64,000 nt of DNA from assembly GCA_965225855.1 (NCBI GenBank), contig CBDDCK010000005.1, positions 1,280,001 through 1,344,000 of the forward strand, written 5' to 3'. The stretch is from Spirochaetia bacterium. Lineage in GTDB: Bacteria > Spirochaetota > Spirochaetia > SP-2023. Numbering within the stretch: the stretch's first letter is position 1; every line of letters starts with the position of its first letter. Both the position numbers and the translations under genes were made by a program. Below the pieces are notes generated by a model. It made no database searches and was not told the DNA's origin. It worked only from the letters and a program-made list of their open reading frames with translations. This document shows, piece by piece, positions 1-10,124 of the stretch.

Positions 1-275
1 GTGAAGGTTACGGAGTAACCTTGCCACAGTTAGCCTTGAAATCTTATAAAGATTTGACCGAGGCTAATTTTCAAGAAGCCTTAACTGCAATGCAGGAAAT
101 GAAAACCGATGGCAATCGGCTTATGCACATTAAACCAACATTAATGGTTGTACCACCTTCCCTTGAAGCAAAAGCCCGTACTTTGCTGGAAGCCCAAACA
201 AAGGCCAGTGGGGCATCAAACACCTATTATAAGCGTGTGAATTTGATAGTTTCGAGTTATTTCACGGGAGACTAG
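1..275 (+). CDS. Mu-like major capsid protein (gpT), C-terminal part, runs off window start
   Basis: EGYGVTLPQLA...IKPTLMVVPPSLE.KA...NTYY..VNLIVS typical of the gpT C-terminus; frame open to the window edge. Confidence 0.8.
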   Translation, partial: EGYGVTLPQLALKSYKDLTEANFQEALTAMQEMKTDGNRLMHIKPTLMVVPPSLEAKARTLLEAQTKASGASNTYYKRVNLIVSSYFTGD

Positions 276-284
276 GAGGAAATT

Positions 285-578
285 ATGGCTAAGAAAACAA
301 AGCAAAAAGCCCCAGAAGTTTTAGAGGCTTTGGAGTCTCAAGAACAAGTAGAAGTACAACAAGAATCACCAAGCGATACAGAGGTTAGTATTCCACAGCA
401 AGAAGAAGTCGCAACAGTAAAGGTGCAAGTGCGCACCAAGGTTTGGCAAGGAAAGCGTATTGACCAACGGCGTAGAGCTGGATTAGTAGTGTTTCCCGAA
501 TGGGCAGAGCACGAAGTTTCTAGTGAACAATTTGAGTTACTGGAAGCAGACGATTTTATTGAGGTCGCAGAGGTTTAA
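285..578 (+). CDS. phage hypothetical protein (HI1506-like, after capsid)
   Basis: RRRAG..F...EVS.EQ.ELLEAD..IEV motif; RBS AGGAGG; synteny. Confidence 0.6.
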   Translation: MAKKTKQKAPEVLEALESQEQVEVQQESPSDTEVSIPQQEEVATVKVQVRTKVWQGKRIDQRRRAGLVVFPEWAEHEVSSEQFELLEADDFIEVAEV

Positions 579-1025
579 ATGCGCTTTTTGTCGGTGGCTT
601 ATATGGAACAACGATTCCCCGCCCATATGCCCAAGCAAGGGGGAGCTTACAATGTGTTTGCCCCCAGCAATGGTAATTTTGGCAGTGGGACAGCGCATAG
701 ACCATCGAGCACCACAGACAGCAGCCGCATAGAAACGGCCATAGATTCGGTAGAAACATGGTTTGTAAGGCAAATTCCTATCTTTGGCAGGGCAACCCCT
801 TCATTGTTGCCTTTGGACTTAAAAGAAGCATTGGCAGATATGGTATTTGCTAGGTTGTTCAATATAGAAGGCAAAACCAAAGACGATATGCAGCGTTCTA
901 TACAAGCAAGAGATTTGATTTTAGCTGTAGCACCTAGTTATGACGGGGCTACTGTAGAGGGTGGGCAAATTGTGTTAAGTGAAGACGCCCCGCTTGTCGG
1001 GCTTGCCTTTGGGTGGGATAGCTAA
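579..1025 (+). CDS. Mu gp36-like head-tail adaptor
   Basis: Position, size, RIETAI...P.LL..DLKEALADM..ARL pattern. Confidence 0.55.
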   Translation: MRFLSVAYMEQRFPAHMPKQGGAYNVFAPSNGNFGSGTAHRPSSTTDSSRIETAIDSVETWFVRQIPIFGRATPSLLPLDLKEALADMVFARLFNIEGKTKDDMQRSIQARDLILAVAPSYDGATVEGGQIVLSEDAPLVGLAFGWDS

Positions 1026-1484
1026 ATGGCCGGTAATAGTCGCGGTGCCAGGTTGGAAGTCAATTGGGATATGCTCGATTTAGATGTATCTTTATTGAGT
1101 TTGGGCAATAAATACGACTTGCTAAGCCAATTGAGCCAAAGCGTTGTAGGGCAAACCAAAGAGCGTTTTGAGAGCAAGAGAGCCCCGGACGGCCACGAAT
1201 GGGTAGGACGCTCTCCAGCTTACTTGAAAACCAATCCGCCCGGTTCTACTTTGGTTCGGGGTGGTTTTTTGAAAGATACCATTACCGATCAAATTTACAG
1301 CCCAGAGGTGGCGGTAGTCGGTAGTAAACTCTCTTATGCCAAAGTGCACCAGTACGGCGGCAAAGGCGAGTTTAACGGCCAGCAAATCAATATCCCAGCA
1401 CGGCCGTATTTGGGTGTGAGCAGAGAAAACAAAGCTACCTTGCGCAAAATAGCCGAAGTCTGGATACGAAAGGCGGTAAGCTAA
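1026..1484 (+). CDS. phage virion morphogenesis protein (Mu gpG-like)
   Basis: RF...APDG..W, VGS.LSYAKVHQYGG, IPARPYLGVS. Confidence 0.85.
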   Translation: MAGNSRGARLEVNWDMLDLDVSLLSLGNKYDLLSQLSQSVVGQTKERFESKRAPDGHEWVGRSPAYLKTNPPGSTLVRGGFLKDTITDQIYSPEVAVVGSKLSYAKVHQYGGKGEFNGQQINIPARPYLGVSRENKATLRKIAEVWIRKAVS

Positions 1485-1485
1485 T

Positions 1486-1959
1486 ATGCCACAGTCGAGT
1501 TATCTTAAATTGCGCCAGGCCGTAATTGATTATATCAAGAGCAAAGTATCGATTCAGACGCAGGCGCATAGTGGCAATTTTACCAAGACCGAATTGGACA
1601 GTATTCACTTGCACCAAGGCGACTTGATCTTAGTTGCGCTAAATTCGGTTCGAGATGGCGCAGCGCATTTTAGCTTGTTTTTGAAGCTAGGCCACGATGC
1701 AGAAAATAAAGCAGATGTAAAGGCATTGAATTTATTGCATCAGTTGCAATTCCACTTGGGCAAGTGGAAAGACCAATTACTGGCCAAAAAGATTCGTGCC
1801 AGTTGGCAGACTTTGGTCAGCCACAAGTTGGCCGAACAGAATTGTTATTTATGGCGCATGGATTTAACCGTGCCGATTTACGATGAAGATTATTTAGAGG
1901 AGTATACCCATGAGTATAACATTTACACAGATACCGACCAATTTACGGGTGCCGGGTAG
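1486..1959 (+). CDS. phage tail-completion protein (gp37-like), putative
   Basis: Synteny between gpG and sheath; AHSGNF motif. Confidence 0.45.
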   Translation: MPQSSYLKLRQAVIDYIKSKVSIQTQAHSGNFTKTELDSIHLHQGDLILVALNSVRDGAAHFSLFLKLGHDAENKADVKALNLLHQLQFHLGKWKDQLLAKKIRASWQTLVSHKLAEQNCYLWRMDLTVPIYDEDYLEEYTHEYNIYTDTDQFTGAG

Positions 1960-3052
1960 CTATCACGAAATTAGCAACCGCTTGGCGGGAAATAGTAAGA
2001 CGTTAAAAGTAATGTTGATTTTTGCCGCGCTTAGCAGTGCCAAAGAAGAAGAGAAAAACAACCCGACTCTCTATAAGCCGTTGCGCATCATGACGGCCAA
2101 GGACGCTACGGACAATTTGGGCAATGGTGATGGCCAGAAAATCATCGAGGACTTTCTCGACGTAAACGATACGCTGGAAGTTTATGCTTTGCCCATTCCC
2201 AGCAGTTGGAGTTCAATTGATTTCGATACTTCGGTTTGGCCGAAACTAAAGGATTTTCCTTTTGATTGGCTGGTGTATCCGGGAGAATCGGCCACACAAA
2301 TTGGCTCTATCGAAATCGAGCTAGAAGATCGCTACAAGGCCACACGGCAAATAGGGGCGCGGTGCTTTTACTATAAGGCCGACAGCTCTAGTAATTTAGC
2401 CACTTATGCCGAGAGCCGCAACAATCCGCATATGGTTTTGTTGCCCTTGCTTAATAGCAATTCTAGCCAAAAAGAATGGCTGGCCCGTTTTGCCGGGGCG
2501 CTAACCAAACAGCTAGCGATCGACCCATCTAGCAGTTTGAACCAGATTAAAGTTAAGGGGCTTACCAGCAGCGAGCAGTTTAACTTTACCGAGAGAAATA
2601 CCTTTTTGTACAAGGGTGTATCGACTTGGATAGCAGCTAAAGACGGCAGCGTTTATGTCGAGCGGGTTGTAACTAATTATACCCAAACAGCAGACGGGGT
2701 AGCCGATTCGAGTTATTTAGATGTACAAATTCCCGAAACTTTGGACGCAATCCGTAAATTGCAAAATGCTGAAATTCGCAAACGCTTTAAGGGTGCAAAA
2801 CTGGGCCCCGATACGCTTTCGGTGCAACCAGGGCAAAATGTTTTGACGCCAGCAATTTTGAAAGGCTTTTTGTTGGACTTGTATCGCAGCGTGTTTGTCG
2901 GGCAAAACCTTTGGTGCGTGAATCCAGAGAAATACAAAGAGAGTTTGCGAGTCGAAATAGATTCTAAGGATAAAAACGCAATTCTTTGGTACGACCAGCC
3001 CGAATTGATTGGACGCTTTGATGTGGCCAAGGGTTTGAGTGAATTTAATTAG
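1910..3052 (+). CDS. contractile tail sheath protein (Mu gpL-like)
   Basis: MSITF.QIP.NLRVPG.Y.EISN start; FNFTERN..LYKGVST, ERVVTNY...DGVADSSYLDV. Confidence 0.9.
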   Translation: MSITFTQIPTNLRVPGSYHEISNRLAGNSKTLKVMLIFAALSSAKEEEKNNPTLYKPLRIMTAKDATDNLGNGDGQKIIEDFLDVNDTLEVYALPIPSSWSSIDFDTSVWPKLKDFPFDWLVYPGESATQIGSIEIELEDRYKATRQIGARCFYYKADSSSNLATYAESRNNPHMVLLPLLNSNSSQKEWLARFAGALTKQLAIDPSSSLNQIKVKGLTSSEQFNFTERNTFLYKGVSTWIAAKDGSVYVERVVTNYTQTADGVADSSYLDVQIPETLDAIRKLQNAEIRKRFKGAKLGPDTLSVQPGQNVLTPAILKGFLLDLYRSVFVGQNLWCVNPEKYKESLRVEIDSKDKNAILWYDQPELIGRFDVAKGLSEFN

Positions 3053-3069
3053 GAGTTAAGGATAAAATC

Positions 3070-3441
3070 ATGGCCAATCGCAGATTAAAAGAGATTGAAA
3101 AAATCAATATCGCAGGTTTGGGCTTTGTGCCCTTGAAGCAAGACAGCGCAGAGTTTACCCCAGAATACCAAAAACGAGATGTACAGAAAGGACAATTGCC
3201 AGAGTATGACGGCTATAGAGTGCAGCGCAACAGTGCTGTGCTAAAGTTTGGCTTGAATGACCGGGCGGGTGAGAGCTGGCAGCGCAGGCTAAACACTGTG
3301 GACGAGGCAGAAATCACTATCTACTACAGCGATAACACCAGTACCGTAATGCACGAGGCGTATTGTCAAGATGTGGGTAGCACCAAAGGTGGAGAAATTT
3401 CGGGCTTTGTGTTTGAAGCCTCTACCAGCGATGATGCGTAA
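3070..3441 (+). CDS. tail tube protein
   Basis: 123 aa directly after sheath. Confidence 0.65.
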   Translation: MANRRLKEIEKINIAGLGFVPLKQDSAEFTPEYQKRDVQKGQLPEYDGYRVQRNSAVLKFGLNDRAGESWQRRLNTVDEAEITIYYSDNTSTVMHEAYCQDVGSTKGGEISGFVFEASTSDDA

Positions 3442-3467
3442 GGGATTGATGCCTAAAGGATTGATGT

Positions 3468-4427
3468 ATGGAGAATAGCGGAAGTTTATATCCAAGCAAA
3501 CCGGAATTGGATTTGCACAACGGTAAATTTACCAATGGCGATGCTAGCGCAGGGGTAATGCCCAGCGTTTTAGATGCCAATACTCTAAATTTGATTTTGG
3601 ATAATTTGAGCGAGGCGATAAAGGCTTTTGGCCTAGTGCCAGACAACAAAGCGAGTTCTATAGGGCAGCTCAAAAAGTCTTTATTGTGGGCAGCAGGTCA
3701 TTGGCAGGAAGACATGGACGCTGTGGCAGGCCAAACGATTTTGCATAGCGGAGTTTTGTATCTTTGTAACCAAAATCACAAGACCACCGCAGCCAAAGCT
3801 CCCACTCAAGAGGGCGCACCGTGGGCACTACTGGCCACCGATGAGAGCATTGCCAAAGCCATAAGAATCACAGGAAACAACGCAGAATCATATGGCAGAA
3901 CCTATGCCAAACTCCTCGATAACGATCTGGAAACTAAGCTGAACAACGTCATAAGCAACACCAAAGCCAGCGTAGAATCATATGCCGACACCCAAGACGA
4001 TCAACATGATTGGGCTTTAGAAACTAAGCTGAAGAATTGGGTTAAGGCGTTGTTCCCAGCGGGGACTATTTATATCAACACCTATAGCAACACAAATCCT
4101 GCGGCCCTATTTGGCTTTGGTAGCTGGTCTAAAATCAATGCCAATGCCTTTATAGGGCAAGCTGGTAATAACTTTAGGCTGGGATATTATAGAAATCAAG
4201 CCGCCCCGGATATTACGGGTACTATGTTTGGAGGAATAGCATCAGGAAATGGAGCATTCGAATACACACGTTTCGACAAGAAAATGGGATATACTTCAAG
4301 AAATGGGTATTCTAGAGGTACTATAGTCTTTAGGGCCAGCAACAGCAATAGCACTTACTCAAACGACAGCAGAGGCGGATTATACCCTTACACATTAGGG
4401 GGTAATATCTGGTATAGGATCAAATAG
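3468..4427 (+). CDS. tail fibre protein
   Basis: GKFTNGD...V.PSVLDA..LN...DNL..AI..FGL.PD fibre N-terminus; CBM5/12-like W...GQTILHSG.LYLC...H..P...W; C-terminal FPAGTIY...NPA.LFGFGSW...YIW.RI-type domain. Confidence 0.75.
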   Translation: MENSGSLYPSKPELDLHNGKFTNGDASAGVMPSVLDANTLNLILDNLSEAIKAFGLVPDNKASSIGQLKKSLLWAAGHWQEDMDAVAGQTILHSGVLYLCNQNHKTTAAKAPTQEGAPWALLATDESIAKAIRITGNNAESYGRTYAKLLDNDLETKLNNVISNTKASVESYADTQDDQHDWALETKLKNWVKALFPAGTIYINTYSNTNPAALFGFGSWSKINANAFIGQAGNNFRLGYYRNQAAPDITGTMFGGIASGNGAFEYTRFDKKMGYTSRNGYSRGTIVFRASNSNSTYSNDSRGGLYPYTLGGNIWYRIK

Positions 4428-4438
4428 AAAGGATTTAT

Positions 4439-5056
4439 ATGGAACAACCAAAATTCTACATAGCCATAAAAGATGGCAAGGTAATCGCCAACTGGGGCGG
4501 TTTTGAAGAGTTAACGGCAGACGAAATTAAGGGGATTTGTAATAACGAAACCCCAGACGAAGTACGAGAAATTGATAGAGATCAAGGAGTAACCGATGGT
4601 TTCCCTTTATCTTGTTATAACGATGATTGGAGCTTGAAAACGCCCGAAGAAATCGAAAAGTTAGGCTTTGATGGAAAAGGCAACAAGCTGCCCACCGAGC
4701 AAGAAAAAGCCGAACAAAAGGCCAAAGAGCAAAGGAAAGAGAAACTGCAAGAAAGCCAAAGGCAGTTAAACCGGAAGATAATTCGCAATCAAAACTATAT
4801 AAGGGTGAATTTTGCACCGATAGCCCAAGCCTTGGCAAGGAATAGCTATGACAAAACCAAGACTTTTGCCCAGCAAAGGCTAGATATCGCCCGCATCGAA
4901 AAGCGGGAGCTAGAAAATCTAAAAAGTCAAAACAAAGAGTTTTTGGATAATTTAGAGCAACAAACCCCAAAATACCAAGCCGAGTTAGCCAAAGTATCTA
5001 AAGAATTAGAGACTTTAGAAACCGAGTTACAAGCTCTGGCAGGAGGTAAACAATGA
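4439..5056 (+). CDS. phage hypothetical protein (possible fibre assembly protein, coiled-coil C-terminus)
   Basis: Follows fibre; RBS; coupled to next gene. Confidence 0.5.
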   Translation: MEQPKFYIAIKDGKVIANWGGFEELTADEIKGICNNETPDEVREIDRDQGVTDGFPLSCYNDDWSLKTPEEIEKLGFDGKGNKLPTEQEKAEQKAKEQRKEKLQESQRQLNRKIIRNQNYIRVNFAPIAQALARNSYDKTKTFAQQRLDIARIEKRELENLKSQNKEFLDNLEQQTPKYQAELAKVSKELETLETELQALAGGKQ

Positions 5057-5313
5057 AAACATTTCAATTAAATAGCCCTGTTGAAGTGGCAGGGAAAACA
5101 TACGAAGAGCTGTCTTTGCGCAACATGAAAGCCAAAGACATGCGCTTATTGGCAGAAGAAGAAAACAGTGCGGACAATCAAATAAACTTGGTGGCTACTT
5201 TGGCACAGGTAAGCCCTGACGTTATTGACGAACTAGAAATAGCCGATTATAACCAGTTATGTTTGTTTGTTCTGGGGCAATTAAAGCCAAAAAAGTCTGC
5301 GAAGCGATCCTAG
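5053..5313 (+). CDS. tail assembly chaperone (Mu gp41 / P2 E-like)
   Basis: L..PVEV.GK.Y.EL.LR..KAKD...L..V.PD.IDELE..DY; before tape measure. Confidence 0.85.
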   Translation: MKTFQLNSPVEVAGKTYEELSLRNMKAKDMRLLAEEENSADNQINLVATLAQVSPDVIDELEIADYNQLCLFVLGQLKPKKSAKRS

Positions 5314-5438
5314 CCGACATTCTGTTTATTTTTGGTGGCATGGATTACCAAAGCCTGCTAGAGATGGACTTAGACGAGCTAGAGCGTTGGCACGAGCTAG
5401 CTAAAGAGCGTGCCCCGCTAGTGTTGGGATTCAAATGA
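5289..5438 (+). CDS. -1 frameshift extension of tail chaperone (P2 E'-like)
   Basis: Slippery A AAA AAG at 5289-5295. The -1 frame reads VCEAILADILFIFGGMDYQSLLEMDLDELERWHELAKER...GFK to TGA 5436-5438, overlapping the tape-measure ATG. Confidence 0.8.
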   Translation, partial: KKVCEAILADILFIFGGMDYQSLLEMDLDELERWHELAKERAPLVLGFK

Positions 5439-7886
5439 GCGATGATATAAATGTTGGCTTGCGAATCGACCTAAAGGGCGACCTTCAGCAGCAATTGAGG
5501 GGAGTGCGCAGCCAGTTTAGCCAAATGCAGCAGATGACCAAGGTTATGAGCCTTGCGTCTTTAGGCCAAAGCCTCGGCAGTTTAAGCGGGCAAGCACGGG
5601 GATTGACCGATGAGCTAAAGCGACCCTATATGGAATTTGAGCGCGAAATAACTAGCGTCAAAGCTAGAATGATGGGCACTAGCGCAGCTCAATACAAAGA
5701 ACTAAAACAACAAGCCAAAGAGCTTGGGGCAACTACGATTTTTACTAGCCAGCAGGTTGCGCAAGGCATGAACAAGCTGGCCATGGCCGGCTTTGATGCC
5801 GATGAGATCAAAGCCAGTATAGCCGATGTAACGGCCTTTGTGCAGGCCAACGATATTGATTTTGGCACGGGTGCCGATATTGCCACCGATATAGGCACGG
5901 CCTTTGGCTATCAAGCCGGTGAGCTGGGCGAAGTGATGAATGTGCTTACATTGGCAGCCAATTCCGCCAATACCGATATTGGCATGCTGGGCGAAGCCAT
6001 GAAGTACGCTGCTGCCGATGCCAAAAATCTAGGTCTTTCCCTAGAAGAGACAACGGCTATGATGGGGCTCTTGGCCAATGCGGGTATCAAAGGCAGTATG
6101 GCCGGCACCACACTAAAGGAAACCGTCAAAGCCCTAGCCGTACCCGATGATAACGCACACAAGGCTTTAGAGCGACTTAGCATAAAAGTTTATGACGATA
6201 AAGGTCAAATGCGCAGCATTTCCAGCTTGTTGCGTGAAGTAAACGAGGCTACCGCAGGCTTGACGCAAGAACAACGAGCAGCTGAAATCAACACCATATT
6301 TAAAGGAGCGTGGTTCGCGTGGTATTTTGACCTTGATGAGTCAAGGGCAAGATGCCTTTGAGAAATTCCTTGCGTTGTTAGAAAGCTCTGCTGAAGGCAC
6401 GGTGCGAAAAATGCAAGATACCATGGCTGAAAGTTTGGCTGCGGGTTTGGCCGGTATCAACAGTCGCAAAGAGGCCTTGTTTAGCACTATCACCGAAGCG
6501 GGTCGTGAGCAATTAGTTGGTGTACAGCAATTAAAAATTGGCTTTTTCGATCATCTGAACAATATAGCCAAAGAAAACACAGTGCTTGCCGGGCGCATTA
6601 GTTTGGCCACGCAATTGCTTAGCGATATAGGCGGGGTATTGACCTCTAGCGGTGCAGTGCTTTCTACTGTTTTGTCGGGGTTTACTGCGTTTTCAATGTA
6701 TAAAAATCAACAAGCAATGCAAAGTATGGCTGCCAACCCTAAAGGTTTGTTGGGCGGTGTGTCTGCTAGCCAGCCTTTGCCAGTATGGGTGGTAAACAAT
6801 GGATTAAGTACACAAGCTGCTATGCCTACAGCAATCGCTACAGGTGTGGAACAAGGTTTTAGTAAAGGGGCTGCCAAAAGCGGTTTTTGGCATGGTAGGA
6901 AAGGTAGTGCTTTTAAGGGCGGTTTGGTTGGTTTGGCTTTTGGTGGGTTATCTATGGGCTTGGAAGCCTTGGCTATTCGGCAATCGAAACTAACTGGCGA
7001 AGAACAACAAAAGGCCATGAAAAGTGTCTGGAATCGCAATTCTTGGGGGTTGTTTGGCAGTACCGCAGGTGCGGTAATTGGCAGTATGATCGCACCTGGC
7101 CCTGGTTTGTTTATCGGTGGGGCTTTGGGTCAGTTGGTCGGTGATGGCATTGCTGGCAAAATTGAGCACAACAAAACCGATGAAGCAAAGTATCAAAAGT
7201 TTTTAGAAAACAACGATAAAATTTACGGAAGGCAAAATGATAATTGGCTGCCTTTTTTTAGTAAAAATAGCTTGATGAATAAAATTACTAACAATTCTGG
7301 TACACAAAACCAAAATGTAGATAGCTCTTTAGCAAACATAAAAGAATTATTAACCAAACAACCAAAAGCAGGACTATTCAAAAGTGAACTACAAGAATGG
7401 CTAGGCGAAAACATTACAACCCCAGAAGTCTTAGCTAAAGAATTTATGGGATTAGCGGGGCAAATTAGAACAAATAAAGGTTTGAGAAGTAGCTTTAAGG
7501 CAAGCATTGCCGAATATGTTGGCTTAGACAAAGTCGTTTACGATATACAAGCTCCGTTTTTAGAAATGTTTATTTCTAGTATGCCTGAAAGTTTTAAAAG
7601 TTCGGATGCCTTTGCCAAAAATATAGAATCTATCAACCAAGATATTGGCCGTAAAATACAGAGAGGCCAAAATGTCGATACTATCGAGTATATACCCGAT
7701 TTGGCTAAAGCCCTAAACAAATTTAACTTTGAACAAAGCCAAGAGAAAGAAGAAAAAGTAAAGCAAGGGTTAGATTTACAGAGACAAACTTTTACCGAAA
7801 TCCAGCGGGGCAATGACCTTACCGAAAATATGCTGAAAAAATTGGAAAGCCGTTCTTTTGTTTATAAAATTGGAGCAAGTCGATGA
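5435..7886 (+). pseudogene. tape measure protein (TP901 family), split by a one-base frameshift near 6302
   Basis: AKELGATTIFT..QVA.GM..LA.AGF and LANAGIKGSMAGT motifs. ORFs 5435-6361 and 6327-7886 join if one A is removed (IFKERGSRGILTLMSQ). Confidence 0.8.
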
Positions 7887-9028
7887 AATTGCCCCAATTT
7901 TATAAAGCTAGTTATAACGGGATTGATTTTAGTGTGCCTAGCAGCAGCCGAACAACACAGCATGCTTTGGTGCAGTACCACAGCCCCTATGCATCACATA
8001 GTACAAAAGACGATTTAGGCCTTGCAAGTGAAGCTATTAGCATTCAAGCCTTTGTTTCTGGCAATGATGCTTATGAGAAAGCAGCAGCTTTGCGCAAAGA
8101 ATTAGACAAAAGAGGTGTTGGTAAATTAGTGCACCCCAGTTATGGCGAGTTAGAGGTTTTTGTTCAAAGTGTAGAAGAAAAACAAGACTATGCCGATGGC
8201 TTGTTTTATGTAGGTTTTAGTCTTAGCTTTTTGCGTGCCGATGAGCGCAAAGAATTAAGTAGTATCGCAGCCAGTGCCGATTTAGAACCGCAAGCCTTGG
8301 CCTTACAAAAAGAGTTTGCAGCAGCGAGTGAACGCCGTATGCATTTAATTCCCAACGATAAACAATTCAACCCTGCCCAAATACGCAAAGAGCTTGCTGA
8401 TCTAAACAACGCAATCCAAAGCCTGTATCGTTTGGCAGAAGTGCCTTTTGCGTTCATGGAAGAATTGCTTTTAGCTGTAGATGAATGGCACAATTTCACT
8501 TTAGCCCCATCTGAAATAGCAGCCAATATTATGAACATGAGTGCCAATTTAGCACAGGCTATTTTGAGTGTGCCCAACAAAATGCTTGTCAATCTAAAAC
8601 GAACTATCGCCAATCTAAACAGAGGCCTTAAACGCTTAGAAGCTTTGGGAAACGGGCAAACATTGCAACAATATCAAATGCAATTACAAGCAAGCGCAAG
8701 TCAAATTGTGGCATTGTTTTATCCAGCAGCGCAAGCCATTGATAGCCAAGCCCAAAGCAGAGAGCAAGCCCAACAAATACAGCAAGATTTAGATGCCTTA
8801 CTTTCCAAAATAAAACCGAAAGTCGATTATGCCCAATACGAACAACTTATAAAAATAGAGCAATCTTTTTATGCAGCAATAGCTAGTCGTATGGCTAGCT
8901 TGCCACAACAGAAAACTTTGCATACCGATGAGCCGTTGCCTGTAGCATTGCATCGCGTGCAGGGTAAAAATATTAGCTTAGTTGCTAATCCGTTTTTTCC
9001 TGAAAGCGGGGTGCTGTATGTCTCTTGA
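7883..9028 (+). CDS. Mu gpN-like DNA circularisation / tail protein
   Basis: ASYNGIDF.V...PY....DDLG, GVGKLVHPSYG. Confidence 0.85.
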   Translation: MKLPQFYKASYNGIDFSVPSSSRTTQHALVQYHSPYASHSTKDDLGLASEAISIQAFVSGNDAYEKAAALRKELDKRGVGKLVHPSYGELEVFVQSVEEKQDYADGLFYVGFSLSFLRADERKELSSIAASADLEPQALALQKEFAAASERRMHLIPNDKQFNPAQIRKELADLNNAIQSLYRLAEVPFAFMEELLLAVDEWHNFTLAPSEIAANIMNMSANLAQAILSVPNKMLVNLKRTIANLNRGLKRLEALGNGQTLQQYQMQLQASASQIVALFYPAAQAIDSQAQSREQAQQIQQDLDALLSKIKPKVDYAQYEQLIKIEQSFYAAIASRMASLPQQKTLHTDEPLPVALHRVQGKNISLVANPFFPESGVLYVS

Positions 9029-10124
9029 ATTGCGCTTTACGGTGTATGTCGGTGCACAAGCCCTTACGCATATCGACAATGTACGCATAGAGCGCAGCCT
9101 AGAAAACTTTGCTTACGGGTTTTCGTGTATTTTAATGCCAACTAATGTAGATTTTCAAGCTGGCGATAAAGTCCAAGTCTTTTGGGACGAGCAAAAACTT
9201 GGCAAGCACAAAGACCCTATATTTTGTGGCTATATCGACCATGTGAATTTACAGCTTTCGGGCAGTGGCTACAGTGCTACTTTCAGCGCAAGAAGTTATG
9301 CTTTGGATTTGATAGATTCGGTCGATTCGTTGCAAGGTATTGATGGCGAGATAAGCGATGTTGTCGAAAAAGTTTGCCAAAAATATTCTGTGCCGTTCAG
9401 CAATACCGCAGGCCAAAGTTTGGGCAAGGTGCGCTTTGCTTGTGAGAATGAAAGCCCGTTTCGCATTCTCAACGATTTGGCTAAGGCCAGAGGCGCAATG
9501 CTCATTACCAACGGTTGGGGGTCGCTAGAGTTAGCCAAAGTAAAAAGTGATATTCTCAATAACAACGAAGTTTTTGGCTTGAGTAACATAATAGACTTAG
9601 AATACACACAAGATTTGAGCCAGTGCTATCACAAGTACAAAGGCGTGATAGCCGCCACAGAATACCAAGAAACAGATAATCGCATACGCAAAAGCCGTGT
9701 GTTGCAAATTCCCACCGATGGCGAAAGTATTGGTTTATTGCGTTCTCAATTAAAGAATGAACGCAATCGGCGTTATGGTATGAGCCAAAAAATCAAGCTT
9801 AGTATCCAAGGTTGGCAAATTTCTAATGGTAAAACTCATTGGTACGAAAACAGCAATATCTTGATAGAAATGCCAGAATTGGGAATCCAGAAGCGCAGCT
9901 TTTTTGTGTATGCCGTAGCTTTGAGCTTATCTAAATACGGCGGTTATAGAGCAGAGCTATCGTGTTGCAACAAAGCAGCTTTTGACTTAAAAACACGTCC
10001 CAGCGAAAATTTAGCAGCCAAACCACAAACCAAACAAACTATGGTAACGATGAGTAATCTGGAAAAACAAAAGAATAACAACAAGCCTAAGTTTGATGGC
10101 AAAGGTCAGGTTCGTGGCTTATGA
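9018..10124 (+). CDS. Mu gpP-like baseplate hub protein
   Basis: VRIERSLENFAYGFS, FCGYID, RSYALDLIDS, ESPF..L..LA..RG; start taken at ATG 9018. Confidence 0.8.
   Translation: MSLELRFTVYVGAQALTHIDNVRIERSLENFAYGFSCILMPTNVDFQAGDKVQVFWDEQKLGKHKDPIFCGYIDHVNLQLSGSGYSATFSARSYALDLIDSVDSLQGIDGEISDVVEKVCQKYSVPFSNTAGQSLGKVRFACENESPFRILNDLAKARGAMLITNGWGSLELAKVKSDILNNNEVFGLSNIIDLEYTQDLSQCYHKYKGVIAATEYQETDNRIRKSRVLQIPTDGESIGLLRSQLKNERNRRYGMSQKIKLSIQGWQISNGKTHWYENSNILIEMPELGIQKRSFFVYAVALSLSKYGGYRAELSCCNKAAFDLKTRPSENLAAKPQTKQTMVTMSNLEKQKNNNKPKFDGKGQVRGL

Noticed and set aside
4200..4427. Diversity-generating retroelement target in the tail fibre
   Set aside because: No template repeat or reverse transcriptase seen in the window.
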